Assembly: GCF_004010195.1 (NCBI RefSeq)
Contig: NC_057718.1
Coordinates: 41,263,208 to 41,327,207, forward strand
Direction of reading: 5' to 3'
Source of the DNA: Chiloscyllium plagiosum
Lineage: Eukaryota
Length of the DNA: 64,000 nt
Shown here: positions 27,166-39,299 of the stretch, piece after piece
How the letters are laid out: each line of letters starts with the position of its first letter
Numbering within the stretch: the first letter of the stretch is position 1
The notes under the pieces: model-generated
Databases searched by the model: none
The model's input: the letters and a program-made list of their open reading frames with translations, nothing else
Told to the model about the DNA's origin: nothing
Translations under genes and position numbers: made by a program

Positions 27166-28546
27166 CCAAACCAAAGGAGTAGCCATGGGTACCCGCATGG
27201 GCCCCAGATATGCCTGCCTCTTCGTAAGATATGTGGAACAGTCCATCTTCTGCAGCTACACTGGCACCCCCCCCCCCCCACCCCGCACCTTTTCCTCCGC
27301 TACCTCGATGACTATATCGGCGCCCGCACCTTTTCCTCCGCTACCTCGATGACTATATCGGCGCTGCCTTGTGCTCCCACGAGGGGGTTGAACAGTTCAT
27401 CCACTTTACTAACACCTTCCACCCTGACCTCAAATTTACTTGGACCGTCTCAGACTCCTCCCTCCCCTTCCTAGACCTCTCCATTTCTATCTCGGATAAC
27501 CGAATCAACACGGACATTTACTATACACCGACCGACTCCCATAGCTACCTAGTCTACACCTCCTCCCACCCTGCCCCCTGTAAAAACACCATCCCACATT
27601 CCCAATTCCTTCGTCTCTGCCGCATCTGCTCCCAGGAGGACCAGTTCCAATACCGAACAACCCAGATGGCATCTTTCTTCAAAGACCGCAAATTCCCCCC
27701 AGACGTGGTCGACGATGCTCTCCACCACATCTCCTCCACTTCCCGCTCCTCTGCCCTTGAGCCACGCTCCTCCAATCACCACCAGGACAGAACCCCACTG
27801 GTCCTCACCTACCACCCCACCAACCTCCATATACATCGTATCATCCGTCGTCATTTCCGCCACCTCCAAACGGACCCCACCACCAGGGATATATTTCNNN
27901 NNNNNNNNNNNNNNNNNNNNNNNNNNNNNNNNNNNNNNNNNNNNNNNNNNNNNNNNNNNNNNNNNNNNNNNNNNNNNNNNNNNNNNNNNNNNNNNNNNNN
28001 NNNNNNNNNNNNNNNNNNNNNNNNNNNNNNNNNNNNNNNNNNNNNNNNNNNNNNNNNNNNNNNNNNNNNNNNNNNNNNNNNNNNNNNNNNNNNNNNNNNN
28101 NNNNNNNNNNNNNNNNNNNNNNNNNNNNNNNNNNNNNNNNNNNNNNNNNNNNNNNNNNNNNNNNNNNNNNNNNNNNNNNNNNNNNNNNNNNNNNNNNNNN
28201 NNNNNNNNNNNNNNNNNNNNNNNNNNNNNNNNNNNNNNNNNNNNNNNNNNNNNNNNNNNNNNNNNNNNNNNNNNNNNNNNNNNNNNNNNNNNNNNNNNNN
28301 NNNNNNNNNNNNNNNNNNNNNNTATCACCCTCACCTTAACCTCCTTCCACCTATCGCATTTCTCCCAAGTCCCTCCTCCCTACCTTTTATCTTAGCCTGC
28401 TTGGCACACTTTCCTCATTCCTGAAGAAGGGCTCATGCCCGAAACATCGATTCTCCTGCTCCTTGGATGCTGCCTGACCTGCTGCGCTTTTCCAGCAACA
28501 CATTTTCAGCTCTGATCTCTGGCATCTGCAGTCCTCACTTTCTCCT
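27166..28546 (+). mobile_element. Penelope-like element spanning the assembly gap
   Basis: RT motifs QTKGVAMGTRMGP, RYLDD, LPFLDL, IPHSQFLRL; 3' pLTR with hammerhead core at 28421-28445; flanked by AGTATCAACTCTT (27153-27165) and AGTGTCAACTCTT (28547-28559). Confidence 0.92.
27898..28322. other. Assembly gap (425 N)
   Basis: Run of N. Confidence 1.
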
Positions 28547-29149
28547 AGTGTCAACTCTTTCCAAATCAGGAAAGCCAACTGTCAACAACCAGGATTGACA
28601 GTTACCAAACGGTACTGAATCCCAGTGACAACTGTTTGAACGAGTCCAATCACCAACTATGGAGGGATGGGTGTTTGATCAGACGTGGGGGTTGGTAGGG
28701 AGTGATCCCTGATACTGTAGCAAGGGTAATGTCTGATCCCAAACCCTGACAACATTTTAGTGATGGCATTACCATGGGCATCAGGTGTAAATGCTATAGA
28801 AAATGTGCAGAGTTGGCTGATTATGAGTAGATAGCAAGTATGGCTGATATGACTATATTGATACAATTATTCATATAGCATAAGGAAAGGCAAAATCTCC
28901 AACCCCAGCCCTGCTCCAACAGCATTACATTTAAAGGATCATCAACAAACTGCTTGATAGTTCCTGACTGATTTCAACTGATTCTTACTGATGGAAGTTT
29001 TGGAAGTTTTTGAATGCTATTTCAATTTGGTAAATTCTTTAGTGAGCGGTCTTCAAATTGTGAAGAACTTGACAAAGCAAAGATGAACAAGCTGTTCAAA
29101 GACAGAAGGGACAGAGTAGTTCTCAGAAAGTAGTTTTATCCAGTGACAA

Positions 29150-29240
29150 ACACAGTGAACGTTGGAGAACTCAGCAGGTCTGACAGTATGTGTGGAGAAC
29201 CAGAGGTAACGTTTCGAATCTGCTATGGCTATTCTTCAGG
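29150..29240 (-). mobile_element. Degenerate pLTR fragment
   Basis: ctcagcaggtctgacagtatgtgtggaga...gtttcgaatc...tcttcag; the reverse strand gives CTGAAGA...CGAAAC. Confidence 0.55.
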
Positions 29241-32200
29241 CTTGTTGCAAGAGCCAGTGTGACGTTGAACACTGATCTCCACTGCCATGGTAGCAGAAAG
29301 CTTGAACATGTAGGACAGCAACCTGGATTTATTTTTGCAATGAAGTCCAACAACCTCTCAAGTTTAAATATCTCCCTTTAAGAAGAACAGGCTTTCCCTA
29401 AGTAATGCAAGCCACTTCGAGATTTTGCACACACTATTCAGCCATGCAGCAAATCAACAAGTCAACAATCAGCTTAATTTGGCTGCCTGTTGCAATTATT
29501 TATATGAGCAAGCAACACAAAGTTTGAATGGATTTGCATCACCTAAGGTTTAAAATAATTTATTTTATTGTTTCAGCCATACATATTCAATGTGCAAAAT
29601 ATTTTACTTAGAATTAAAATTCTCAACTTGTTCCAGTAATGTAGTTTTTAAGGCTTGTTTTCAAAATTGTTTAAAATAGCAAAAATAAGCATTAGCTATT
29701 TTAAAGTGTTATTGCAGCAACATTACTATGCATTTTATAAACTAGGTGTGAGGTGATTCTAAATTTTTCATTCTATTTTGTATTTTGCCTTTTGTGGGAA
29801 AATTTGTCTTTTTTTTCTAAATTTTTTGTCCAAACGAGGCCAAGTAAACTGAAGGGCTACTTTCATTCAAGATAATACCATAGTTTAGATAAGTTGAGAA
29901 AACATTGAATAACAAAAATATGTTGTTGAACCAATGCCTGCCATTCAGAATTTATCATGCGTTATGATCTTAGTAGACACTGATAACTTGTAGAAAGAGA
30001 TTTGAACGTCCAGTTACTGGTTGAAAGAATGATATAGCAAGATTGCAAGATTTTAAAATACTTGTTGTAACGAATGCACGATTGACGAAAAGCTCCATTG
30101 ACTAAACACTTTGGGCCGTATTTTCCCAAAGGAATGGTTAAATGTGAATTCTGTGAAGTTTTATGGAGGTTTTCTCTCTGTAAACTCCCATGACTTACGC
30201 AATTCTCTGCAGCTCAGCTCATTATGTATGTACTACACCTCCACCACCTCACTCTTGCGTTGTCTTGTACTCAACAGTGCATGCTGGGCTGGGACCTTCA
30301 GCGTAATATTTAAAGTCCTGCTGTGCACCAGGTTCCACATTGCAAGCCAGGAATTGCCTTTTACAAAGGATGTAATGACAAGAATTGTTGCTGGAGATAG
30401 CCAACTGGGGTAGGTTGGCACCTCGATTTGCTGACAGGGGCCAGGGGATCCAAATGGATATGATAGAGAGGAGGGTCATCATCTTTCTTTGGGACTGTCA
30501 GTTGAGCCCACGGCATCGGACTTAGCCAGCCTGTCTTGAAGTTGTCACCCAAGTCAATGCTGTGTCTGTGGACTGCAGGGACGACCAGCAGAGCAGGAAG
30601 AAGTTTAATCACCTTCTACACTCCATAAGGGTAAATGCCACCATCTTGTCTCAGCTATCTGATACTCACTCGATCTTTGCTACTGCACACAACTCCCACC
30701 AAGTCTCACCATTGACTGCATCTTCCTTCACTCATGCTAACCCACCCCATCCTCCCAATTACTAACCTGGGGTAAGGAACTTGATCTCACTCCAAGTGGC
30801 CCTATCTTACAGTGAGACTGGGTAATGCCAGTAGGAACCCAGCTGGAGGGTAAAGCACATACAGCCTACCCAGAACTCTCCTCACAGAACTTAGCAAAGC
30901 TGTTTGCCTCTTCACCTTGAGTGAAATCTCAAACACTGTGGAAGTTCCAGTCGGGGAGCGTGACACTGTGCCTGAATAGGGCACAGTCAGGATGTCTGCG
31001 CCTTCTAGCCACAGATGCTGTCATGGTCTCTTACCCAAAACTCCAAGGAAAGCAGATTCCACTATAGGGAAAGCTTCCTCCACTCCTGCTGCATACTCCA
31101 TGACCATACCTGGATGTAGTGGGAGTGAAAAGAAAACTTTCTGAGAGCACATAGTTGGAATGAGTGTATCTTCATTATGAATACATAATTGCATCTGAAT
31201 ATATGTTCAGTTTTCATTAACTGCTGTATGAGCTAGTGCCATTTTAGCTTCAGTTTAAAGAATGAAGCTATATAGGTTAGCAATCCTTAGTGTCCCATAA
31301 TGTTTGAACCTTATCTGAAGGATAACCGTCAGCATTGAATGACAGACAATCAGATTTTGCAATGGCTTCCATTAGTTTGTAACTATTCAACAATAGTAAA
31401 AGTGTGAAAAGATTAAACAGTAAGTTGCATTTGCGTTTGGGAGTAAACAGGGGATGCTAGTCTCTGCATTATGGAAATATCTGCAGATAGAGAAAGATGA
31501 CTTCACCCAACTCAGTTCCATTGAAAATGGTTGACAAAGGAGCCCAGTCAGGGTTTGCTGTGCTATTGCTGCTGGATCAAGATGAACATCCTTATATCCT
31601 TACTCAGTGAACTCCTGCAGCTCTCACAGATCCTCATTGTTCATCTCATACATTCAGCATGTCCTCCACTTGTCCAGGACAGAGCATGTAAGGGTTAACC
31701 AGCTTTTTTTCTCTCTCTCTCTCGCTTTCTCTCTCTCTCTCTCTGTACTCTCCTCCAATGAATCCCCATAACATGGCAAGCTTCAGAAATTAATGTTGAG
31801 AAGATATCTTATCGCTCTTGTTAGGCCTGTGGAAGAATGAGTTGCATTGCATATACATAGGGGATTATGATATGATTGTCCATACGGAGTACTGCACCAC
31901 TGCCTGTCTCTTATCTGCACAGCATTTCATGGAAAGTGAATGACTGTTGGTGAGTCCACTTTTGCCTTGTTATGTGGGCATCCTTGACTGGAGACTGCGA
32001 ATTAGGAGGCAACTCCACATCACTGAATTGTTTCTGGCCCTGGGCTTCAGACGCATCTGTTCCTCATCAATTTCTGTGGACACGTTTAGTGCAGCAAACA
32101 CAAACTCAGCAGCTGCTTCTGCGCCTGGATGAATTCGGATCTGGTCCAATGAACCTATATGGACAATATCAGAAATACAACACCTCCTCAGAAATGGGAT

Positions 32201-32276
32201 CATTTAGCAGCCATGGCACACACAAATTCAGTTTAAGTAGTGTCCTCAAGACATTCGGATATGGGAGGCCTCCAAC

Positions 32277-32423
32277 AATAGAGTCATGGAGTTGTACAGC
32301 ATGGAAACAGACCCTTTGGCCCAACTTGTCAATGCTGACTAGTTATTCCCAAACTTAACTGGTCCCATTTGTCTGTGTTAGTCCATATCCGTATAAACCT
32401 TTCCTATTCTGGTGCCTGTCCAA
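32277..32423 (-). mobile_element. CR1 3'-end fragment
   Basis: atagagtcatggagttgtacagcatggaaacagaccc is the reverse complement of the CR1 tail at about 25120-25170. Confidence 0.75.
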
Positions 32424-34049
32424 ATAAAAAGGGCAATAGACTATCAACATGGCCCTTTCACATTGTTGCCTTGATTCAGATGTTCAAGCCATTTGACGCA
32501 CATACAGTAAGAGATTGAATGTGCGGCAGGAGGAGAACTTCTTACCCAACCCTCACCTCCAACCTCCTTTATTCCAAAAACAGTAGCATTGCATATAGAA
32601 TAATGGTGTGGACATTTCATAACCCAAGCTGTGAGGTGAGTTGCTCCTGAATCTGGTGCAGGTATAAAACAATAGTATTTGTCTGTGAATTGTGGGACTT
32701 GTGTAAAAAAATGACCAGTGACCTGTCATTACTTCTGCTTCACAGCAATTGCTAGGATTAATTTGGAATGTTCATTGACATTGTCTAGATTTTTTGTGGC
32801 AAGGACTTTTTGTTGACGCAGTTTGCTCAATCCATGATGTTCACATGCAGAATTCCATGATAACAGATACAATTACCTTGCACTGTGTAAGTGCCTGACT
32901 AATGCTATTGCCCCTTGAAGGGTCTCGCATCACTCATAAATAGAGTCCATGTCCTCTGAAATTTAAGAAAGAACACCCATTCTAGAGATTTTCCATTTCC
33001 GTGGCCAATTGACAATTTGGATGAGGGTGGAAGGTAACACAGGTAACATTTCATAGGATCAGTTGCAGGCTCAGCTTGTCAAACCACCCCAAACCTTCAC
33101 CTTCCTTCCTTGCATTCCTTGTCAACCCCATCAGATTTGAACTTCCTCATCTTCCCACATAACCCTTTAACTGCTCGTTTCTCTATTTAACCTCCGGGTC
33201 CCAGGCATCCAGCTTAGTTTTGCTAAACATTGTTATGCTCTGCCCCTCATTGAAACCAGGATAATGGTAATTGATGATGTCAACCCTCTGAGTACTTCAT
33301 GTTCTGCTGTACTCTAATGTCTCCTATGCTTATACATTGCCTACACCTCCCAATCACAATTATTTCCTCTGCATCCCAGCATGCTGCTCCAACCCCCAAT
33401 ATTGCTTTCTCTAAATTGCTCACCACAGCAGTGGCCTCTTATAAACCGTCTCCCCTCCATTTTCACTGAACAAACCCTCTGGGGTGACTGCGGGTATCCC
33501 TCCCCACCACACCAACCAATTTGGAATGACAAATGACAAGAGCCCTGAATGATATCTGTGCAGTTCCTCAGCTGATTTACTGGACAGGTTGCACTGGACC
33601 TGTAAGACTGTAATGATATGCATCCCTTGACTCTGATCAGTGTAGGCACCCTAATGACTGTGTGAAAATCACTGGGCTGAGATTAGATGATGCCCTTGAC
33701 TAATTGTGGTGGGATCCCGTAACTGACAATAGTTGTCCTAGATTCAGTTAAAGACTACTACCATTAGACATTGAGGCATGGCAATTTGGTTGAAGAATAT
33801 ACAGTGTGTTTGTCACTCATGGTGCTGGTGTGATATTGTTGTAATATAGCGTCATACAGCTACATGTCTGGTCTCTTGCCTGATCAATGTTGACAACCTG
33901 CCAGACTTTGTGTCTGTGCTAAACAGGACAACAAAACTGCTATGAGTCTGTAAGTTCTGAATGAGGCAGCAGAACAACACAAAAAGTCAAGATGGAGACT
34001 GTGAGCATCCAGGTCAGTGCAAAGACGGTGGGCACCAAGAAAGCAAACT

Positions 34050-35395
34050 TAGCAAATGAAGTTTAATGTAGATAAATGTGAGGCTATCCACTTTCATACC
34101 AAAAATGGAAATGCAGATGATTACCTGAGTAGCAATTAATTGGGAAAGAAGGAGGTATAATAAGACCTGGGTTTGTTTGTACACCTGCCTCTGAAAATAA
34201 GCAGGTAGGTGCAGCAGCCATAAAGAAGCCAATCAGTGTATTGGCTTTCATAGCGAGAGGATTCAAGTACAGGAACAGTGATGTCAGAGCAAATTACTGC
34301 AGTTGGGATTCTGTACTGGAAACAACAAATGCTAGAGATCACAGTGGATCAGACAGCATCCATGGAGAGAGAGAGAGAGAGAGCAAGTTTGAGTTTCGAG
34401 TCTTGATGACTCTTCATCAGAGCTGATGTGAAGTGGAGAGGCGGACAACATTTATGCTATAATTACAGGGCAGGTGTGGTGGTGATGGGGTGTAGAGTGC
34501 TGGTGGAGAAAATATATTAATAGTTCAGATTAAATGATTGAAATGTGAGAATGGCAGAACAATGCAGTGTGTAACTGCCAGATTTGAAAGAGAAGACAGT
34601 CCCACTGGTGTGTGGTGGCATGTTCCCTAGTGGGACTGCTTCTTCTTTGAGGTCTGGCAGTTAGACAAACCACGATTCTGCCATTCTCCCATTCCAATCA
34701 CTTAATCTGAACTGTCAACAGCTTTTCTCCACCACTTGAGTCCCAACTATAGCAAAAATGTTGTCCCCCTCCACACTTCATCTAGACTCGAAACGTTAGC
34801 TATTTCTGTCTCCATGGATGCTGCCGGGCTCACTGTGATCTCTGCCATTTGTTGTTTTCAGTGTAGGAGTAATGTTGCCTTGCTGAAATTGTACAGGTCC
34901 TTGGTGAGACCACGTCCAGAGTATTGTGTGCAGTTTTGGTCTCCTTATCTGAGGAAACTTGTTCTGGCTATGGAAGGAGTGCAACAAATGTTCACCAATA
35001 TGTTTCCTGAGTTAGCAGAACTGATGCATGGAGAGACATGGATCATAATATTATATTCACTGGAGTTTTGAAGAACGAGTTGGGAAGGATCACATGGAAA
35101 CCTATAAAATTCTAACAGGATAACACAGGAAAAATGTTCTCAATGACAATGGATTCCAGAGCAGGGTCACAGTCTAGGGATTGGGGTTAGGCCAATTAGG
35201 GTTGAGATAAGAATATCTTCACCCAGAGAGTGATGAGCCTGTGGAGTTTTCTGCCACAGAAAGTGGAAGAGGCAAAAATAGCAAATGTTTTCAAGAAGGA
35301 GTTAGATGTAGATCTTGGGTCTAAATGGATCAAAGGGTATGGGGAGAAAACCGGAAAAATGGACTGAATTGGATGATCAATCATGATCATATTAA
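34050..35395 (+). mobile_element. Degenerate CR1 LINE interrupted by a fold-back PLE
   Basis: QMKFNVDKCEAIHF, AFIARGFKY, LYRSLVRPRPEYCVQFWSP and FTQRVMSLW motifs. Confidence 0.85.
34286..34865. mobile_element. Fold-back PLE 3'-end insertion
   Basis: Arms invert around about 34618 (cagtcccactgg ... ctagtgggactg); hammerhead core CTGATGA-AGAGTC-ATCAA-GACTC-GAAAC at 34393-34420 (-); same family as the 3' end of 47490-49300. Confidence 0.75.
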
Positions 35396-35912
35396 AGCCT
35401 AGATACAATGGTGAAGTGGTGACTGTATTATGAGTGAATCTGAGATGTGCTATGATAATGTTGTGTGACTGGACCTTGTCAGATGCTAACCTTCTTGGAT
35501 GATCACTGGGTGGTCACTGCCTTTGGAGCATGCCCTGAGATTTTGGGGTGGGGACAAGGAAGAAGCTGGAGAGGGCATCGGTGGCTGAGTGACCAGGTAC
35601 CTGCATAGATTTTCATGTTGGGAACTGTTACAGTCTAGTGTTTGTATACTATGAAAATAGAAAATTGCTATGAACAAGGCAAGATTAACATGAAAACCTT
35701 ATTTGCAAATCTTTTCCTAACATTTAGAATCTCATTCTCCTGTTTTGCCGTATTTTCCCAACTCCCTCATCAATGCTCAAGACATTCTGGGTCTGGGAAG
35801 TTCCCACACTATTTTCATGTTGTAGGCCATTGATTCTTTAAAGCTCAGAGAGGAAATTTCCCCTTTTATGGTTATCATACATCATATTCTCCATGGAATT
35901 AAAGTCCTTACA

Positions 35913-36513
35913 GTAGACAATAGGTGCAGGAGTAGGCCATTCTGCCCTTCGAGCCTGCACCACCATTCAATATGATCATGGCTGATCATCCTTAATCAGT
36001 ATCCTGTTCCTGCCTTATCTCCATAACCCTTGATTCCACAATCCTTGAGAGCTCTAACCAACTCTTTCTTAAATAAATCCAGAGATTGGGCCTCCACTGC
36101 CCTCTGGGGCAGAGCATTCCACACAGCCACCACTCTCTGGGTGAAGAAGTTTCTCCTCATCTCTGTCCTAAATGGTTTACCCCGTATTTCTAAGCTGTGT
36201 CCTCTGGTTCGGTACTCACCCATCAGTGGAAAATGTTTCCTGCCTCCAGAGAGTCCAATCCTTTAATAATCTTATATGTCTCAATCAGATCCCCTCTCAG
36301 TCTTCTAAACTCAAGGTTATACAAGCCCAGTCACTCCAGTCTTTCAGCGTAAGGTAGTCCCGCCATTCCAGGAATTGACCTCGTGAACCTACGCTGCACT
36401 CCCTCAATAGCCAGAATGTCTTTCCTCAAATTTGGAGACCAGAACTGCACACAATACTCCAGGTGCGGTCTCACCAGGGCCCTGTACAGCTGCAGAAGGA
36501 CCTCTTTGCTTCT
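35913..36513 (-). mobile_element. CR1 LINE 3' portion (relatively young)
   Basis: LYRALVRPHLEYCVQFWSP, RTRGHSL and FFTQRVVAVWNALP on the minus strand. Confidence 0.92.
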
Positions 36514-37454
36514 AGAACAGCTGCAGAAGATCCTCTTTGCTTCTTAACAATGCACAGTTCTTCCTAGCTCTTAGTGGGCTCCAATATCCCCAATTTTATG
36601 AGTAATAATTATTAAGCGACCATCTTCAGATGCATTCCTCAGTTTTTAGAAAGTTCCTAAAATCCTCTGCCAACTATGAAGTCCAATAATTATTTATTTC
36701 CCAGACATGTCAGAATGAATCTCCCAGAACCTTTTGATGTCTGCAGGATGCTTCTCTTTCACAAGAGACCACTTCCCTCCAGCATTTGGCTATAGTTGTT
36801 CACAACCTAAAGCAGTGTCTTCTTTCTGCTGGCTATGTTATGTTCATTGATATCTGGGGAAAATTGTAAACTCATCTCAAAAATGATCATCTCTTCCCTC
36901 TTGCTGATCTCAATGCAAAGCAATTACCAGGTAGAATAGTTCATCAGTTATTCTTCCATCCTCTTTCATTTTAACTTAGAAGTAAATGGACAGTTTAACA
37001 GCAGAACTATTGTTATGATCCAAAAATAGATTGCTACATTTATGTCACAATCTGGCTAGGCACCAGTATCTTTTTACTTTAAAATAGACAAAGATCTAGT
37101 TACTTACTTCAAGTGAAGCCACAAGATTCCATGTTTCTGAACAAATGAGCAAAATGTTTATTTACAAAGTTAGAACAGTAACAAAATCTACTGGAGGAAT
37201 ACAAATTATGTTCTGACATTGAGAATTAACATGAGGTAAATTTGGGTAACAGGCCTGCTGTGGTTAAATATCCCATAGAGCTTTTCAAATAACAAATACA
37301 ATCAAGACAGATCTCATGGATTCCTCAGCAACCCCTGGACATTAGTAACAGTGTGGATGATCAAGGTTCATTCAAACATTACAAGGGATTCCATTTTCTT
37401 CTCTATTAACTTTGAAAGTCCCTCAAAAGTCATTCCATTATCAACTTTGGTATT

Positions 37455-38155
37455 CATTCATGGGATGTGGGCTTTGCTGGCTAGCCAGCATTTATTGCCC
37501 ACCCCTTGCTGCTCTTAAGAAGGTGGTGGTGAGCTGCTACATGGTGTAGGTTGCACCACAATGCCCTTAGAGAGGGAAATCCAGAATTTTGTCTTAATGA
37601 TAGTGAAGGAACAATGATATATTTCCAAGTCAGGATGGTGAGTGGCTTAGTGTGGAATTTGTATGTGGTAATGTTCCCATTTATCTGCTGCCTTTATCCT
37701 TCTAGATTAAAATTGTCATGGGTGTGGAAGATTCTATCTAAGGATCTTTCTGAGTGCATCTTGTAGATGAAAGAAGTGGATGTTTGTGGATGTGGTGCCA
37801 ATCAACTGGGCTTCTTTGTCCTAGGTGGTGTCAAGCCTTTTGTGTCATTGGAGATACACCCATCCAGGCAAATTGGGAGTATTCCATCACACTCCTGACT
37901 TGTGCCTTGTGGACAGACTTTGGGGAGTCAGGAGGTGAGTTACTCGTTGCTGTACTCCCAGTCTCTGAACTGCTCTTGTACTCACTGTGTTTATGTGGTG
38001 AGTTAATTTGAACTTCTGGTCAATGGCAATCTCAGGATGTTGATTGTGGAGGATTCAGTGATGATAACACCATTGCATATTAATAGGCAGTGGCTAGATT
38101 GTCTCTTATTGAAGATGATCATTGCCTGGCATTTGTATGACATGAATGTTACTAC
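37455..38155 (-). mobile_element. CR1/L2-group LINE 3' fragment, same family as 2990-5250
   Basis: Reverse complement matches about 4630-5250 (caaagtctgtccacaaggcacaagtcaggagtgtgatggaata); (TGAA)n tail at about 37455. Confidence 0.8.
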
Positions 38156-39299
38156 CTCAACAATTACTCATATTCCAGTACTTCGCTCTCCTTCACTCCA
38201 CCAAATCCTGGATTCTGAACCTACTTATCAAATCTTATTTGTAGACACAACAGTTTTACACAGACAGCTAGCTGCTTCAAGTAAATGCTGCTTGTGAGCT
38301 TTGCCATTTCCATCTCAGCTGCACCATAATTTTAATTGCTCGTAGGATCCTTCTGACCCCCTCTCAGATTTTCTGAGCTGTAACTCCAACACTTAGCTGC
38401 ATTACTATGTTCTAGCACTTCCTGACTCCAATTCTGTCTATTCATTGTTAATCCAGAGGTTGATGCTGATGTCTGCAAGCGTAAGTGTCTTACACCTCAA
38501 TCTGCATAAAATAATCTAAGCCTTCTTTTGGTCTCTAACCATCAAACCACTCAGTCTTACTGTCAGGAAGACAGTAGAACAGACCCCATAATCTCTGCAT
38601 TTACTCTAAATTAGAAGCTAAAATATTCTAAAATATAAATTCTATAAATGCAATTTGAATTTGTTCATGTAATCATGGTATTATATTGCACAAGAGGCTA
38701 CTTAGTCCACGTCATTGTAGTTTATCCAAATAATTCTGCTCCTTGGCCCTTTCCCCACACTTTTTAATGACCTATTTCTTTTTGATTTTCTATCCACTTC
38801 TCTTTGAAAATGTACTATACATTTTACCTCCATTACTGGAAGAGTTTTCTTGTCCTTCCTACTACTTACATTAAAAATATTTTCATGATACATCCACTTG
38901 ATTTTTTTTTAAAGTAATGATCTTAAATGTATCAGCTCCAGCTCCCAAATAGCAGGAACTGTTTCATTTAAATGGCTTTATCAAATCACTTTGGCATTTT
39001 GAACACTTCTGCCAGCTCTCAATCTTCTTTGTTATTCCATTTACCCAACTTACCCAAAGTCTCTCATCCATCACTCTTGTAAACCTTTTTAAAATCCTCT
39101 TTATAATTTTGACATAGTTCCTGAAGCCAGCTGTCTAAAACTGGATGCCATTGTCTTACTGTGGTCTAATCACATACCAAGAGAAGTATATGGTGTTATG
39201 TTGCATGGTAGCATCTCCAGGATGCTATCGAGATAACAAGTAAGAATAAGATAAATCAACCATCATATTTTGAAATGATAACAATTGGCCTTTGTATTA

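Noticed and set aside
27369-28424. ORFs of 226-351 aa
   Set aside because: Their length is inflated by translation through the N gap; the real part is PLE RT.
31970-32203. Protein-like ORF (HPGAEAAAEFVFAALNVSTEIDEEQ...)
   Set aside because: No family recognised and no clear exon boundaries.
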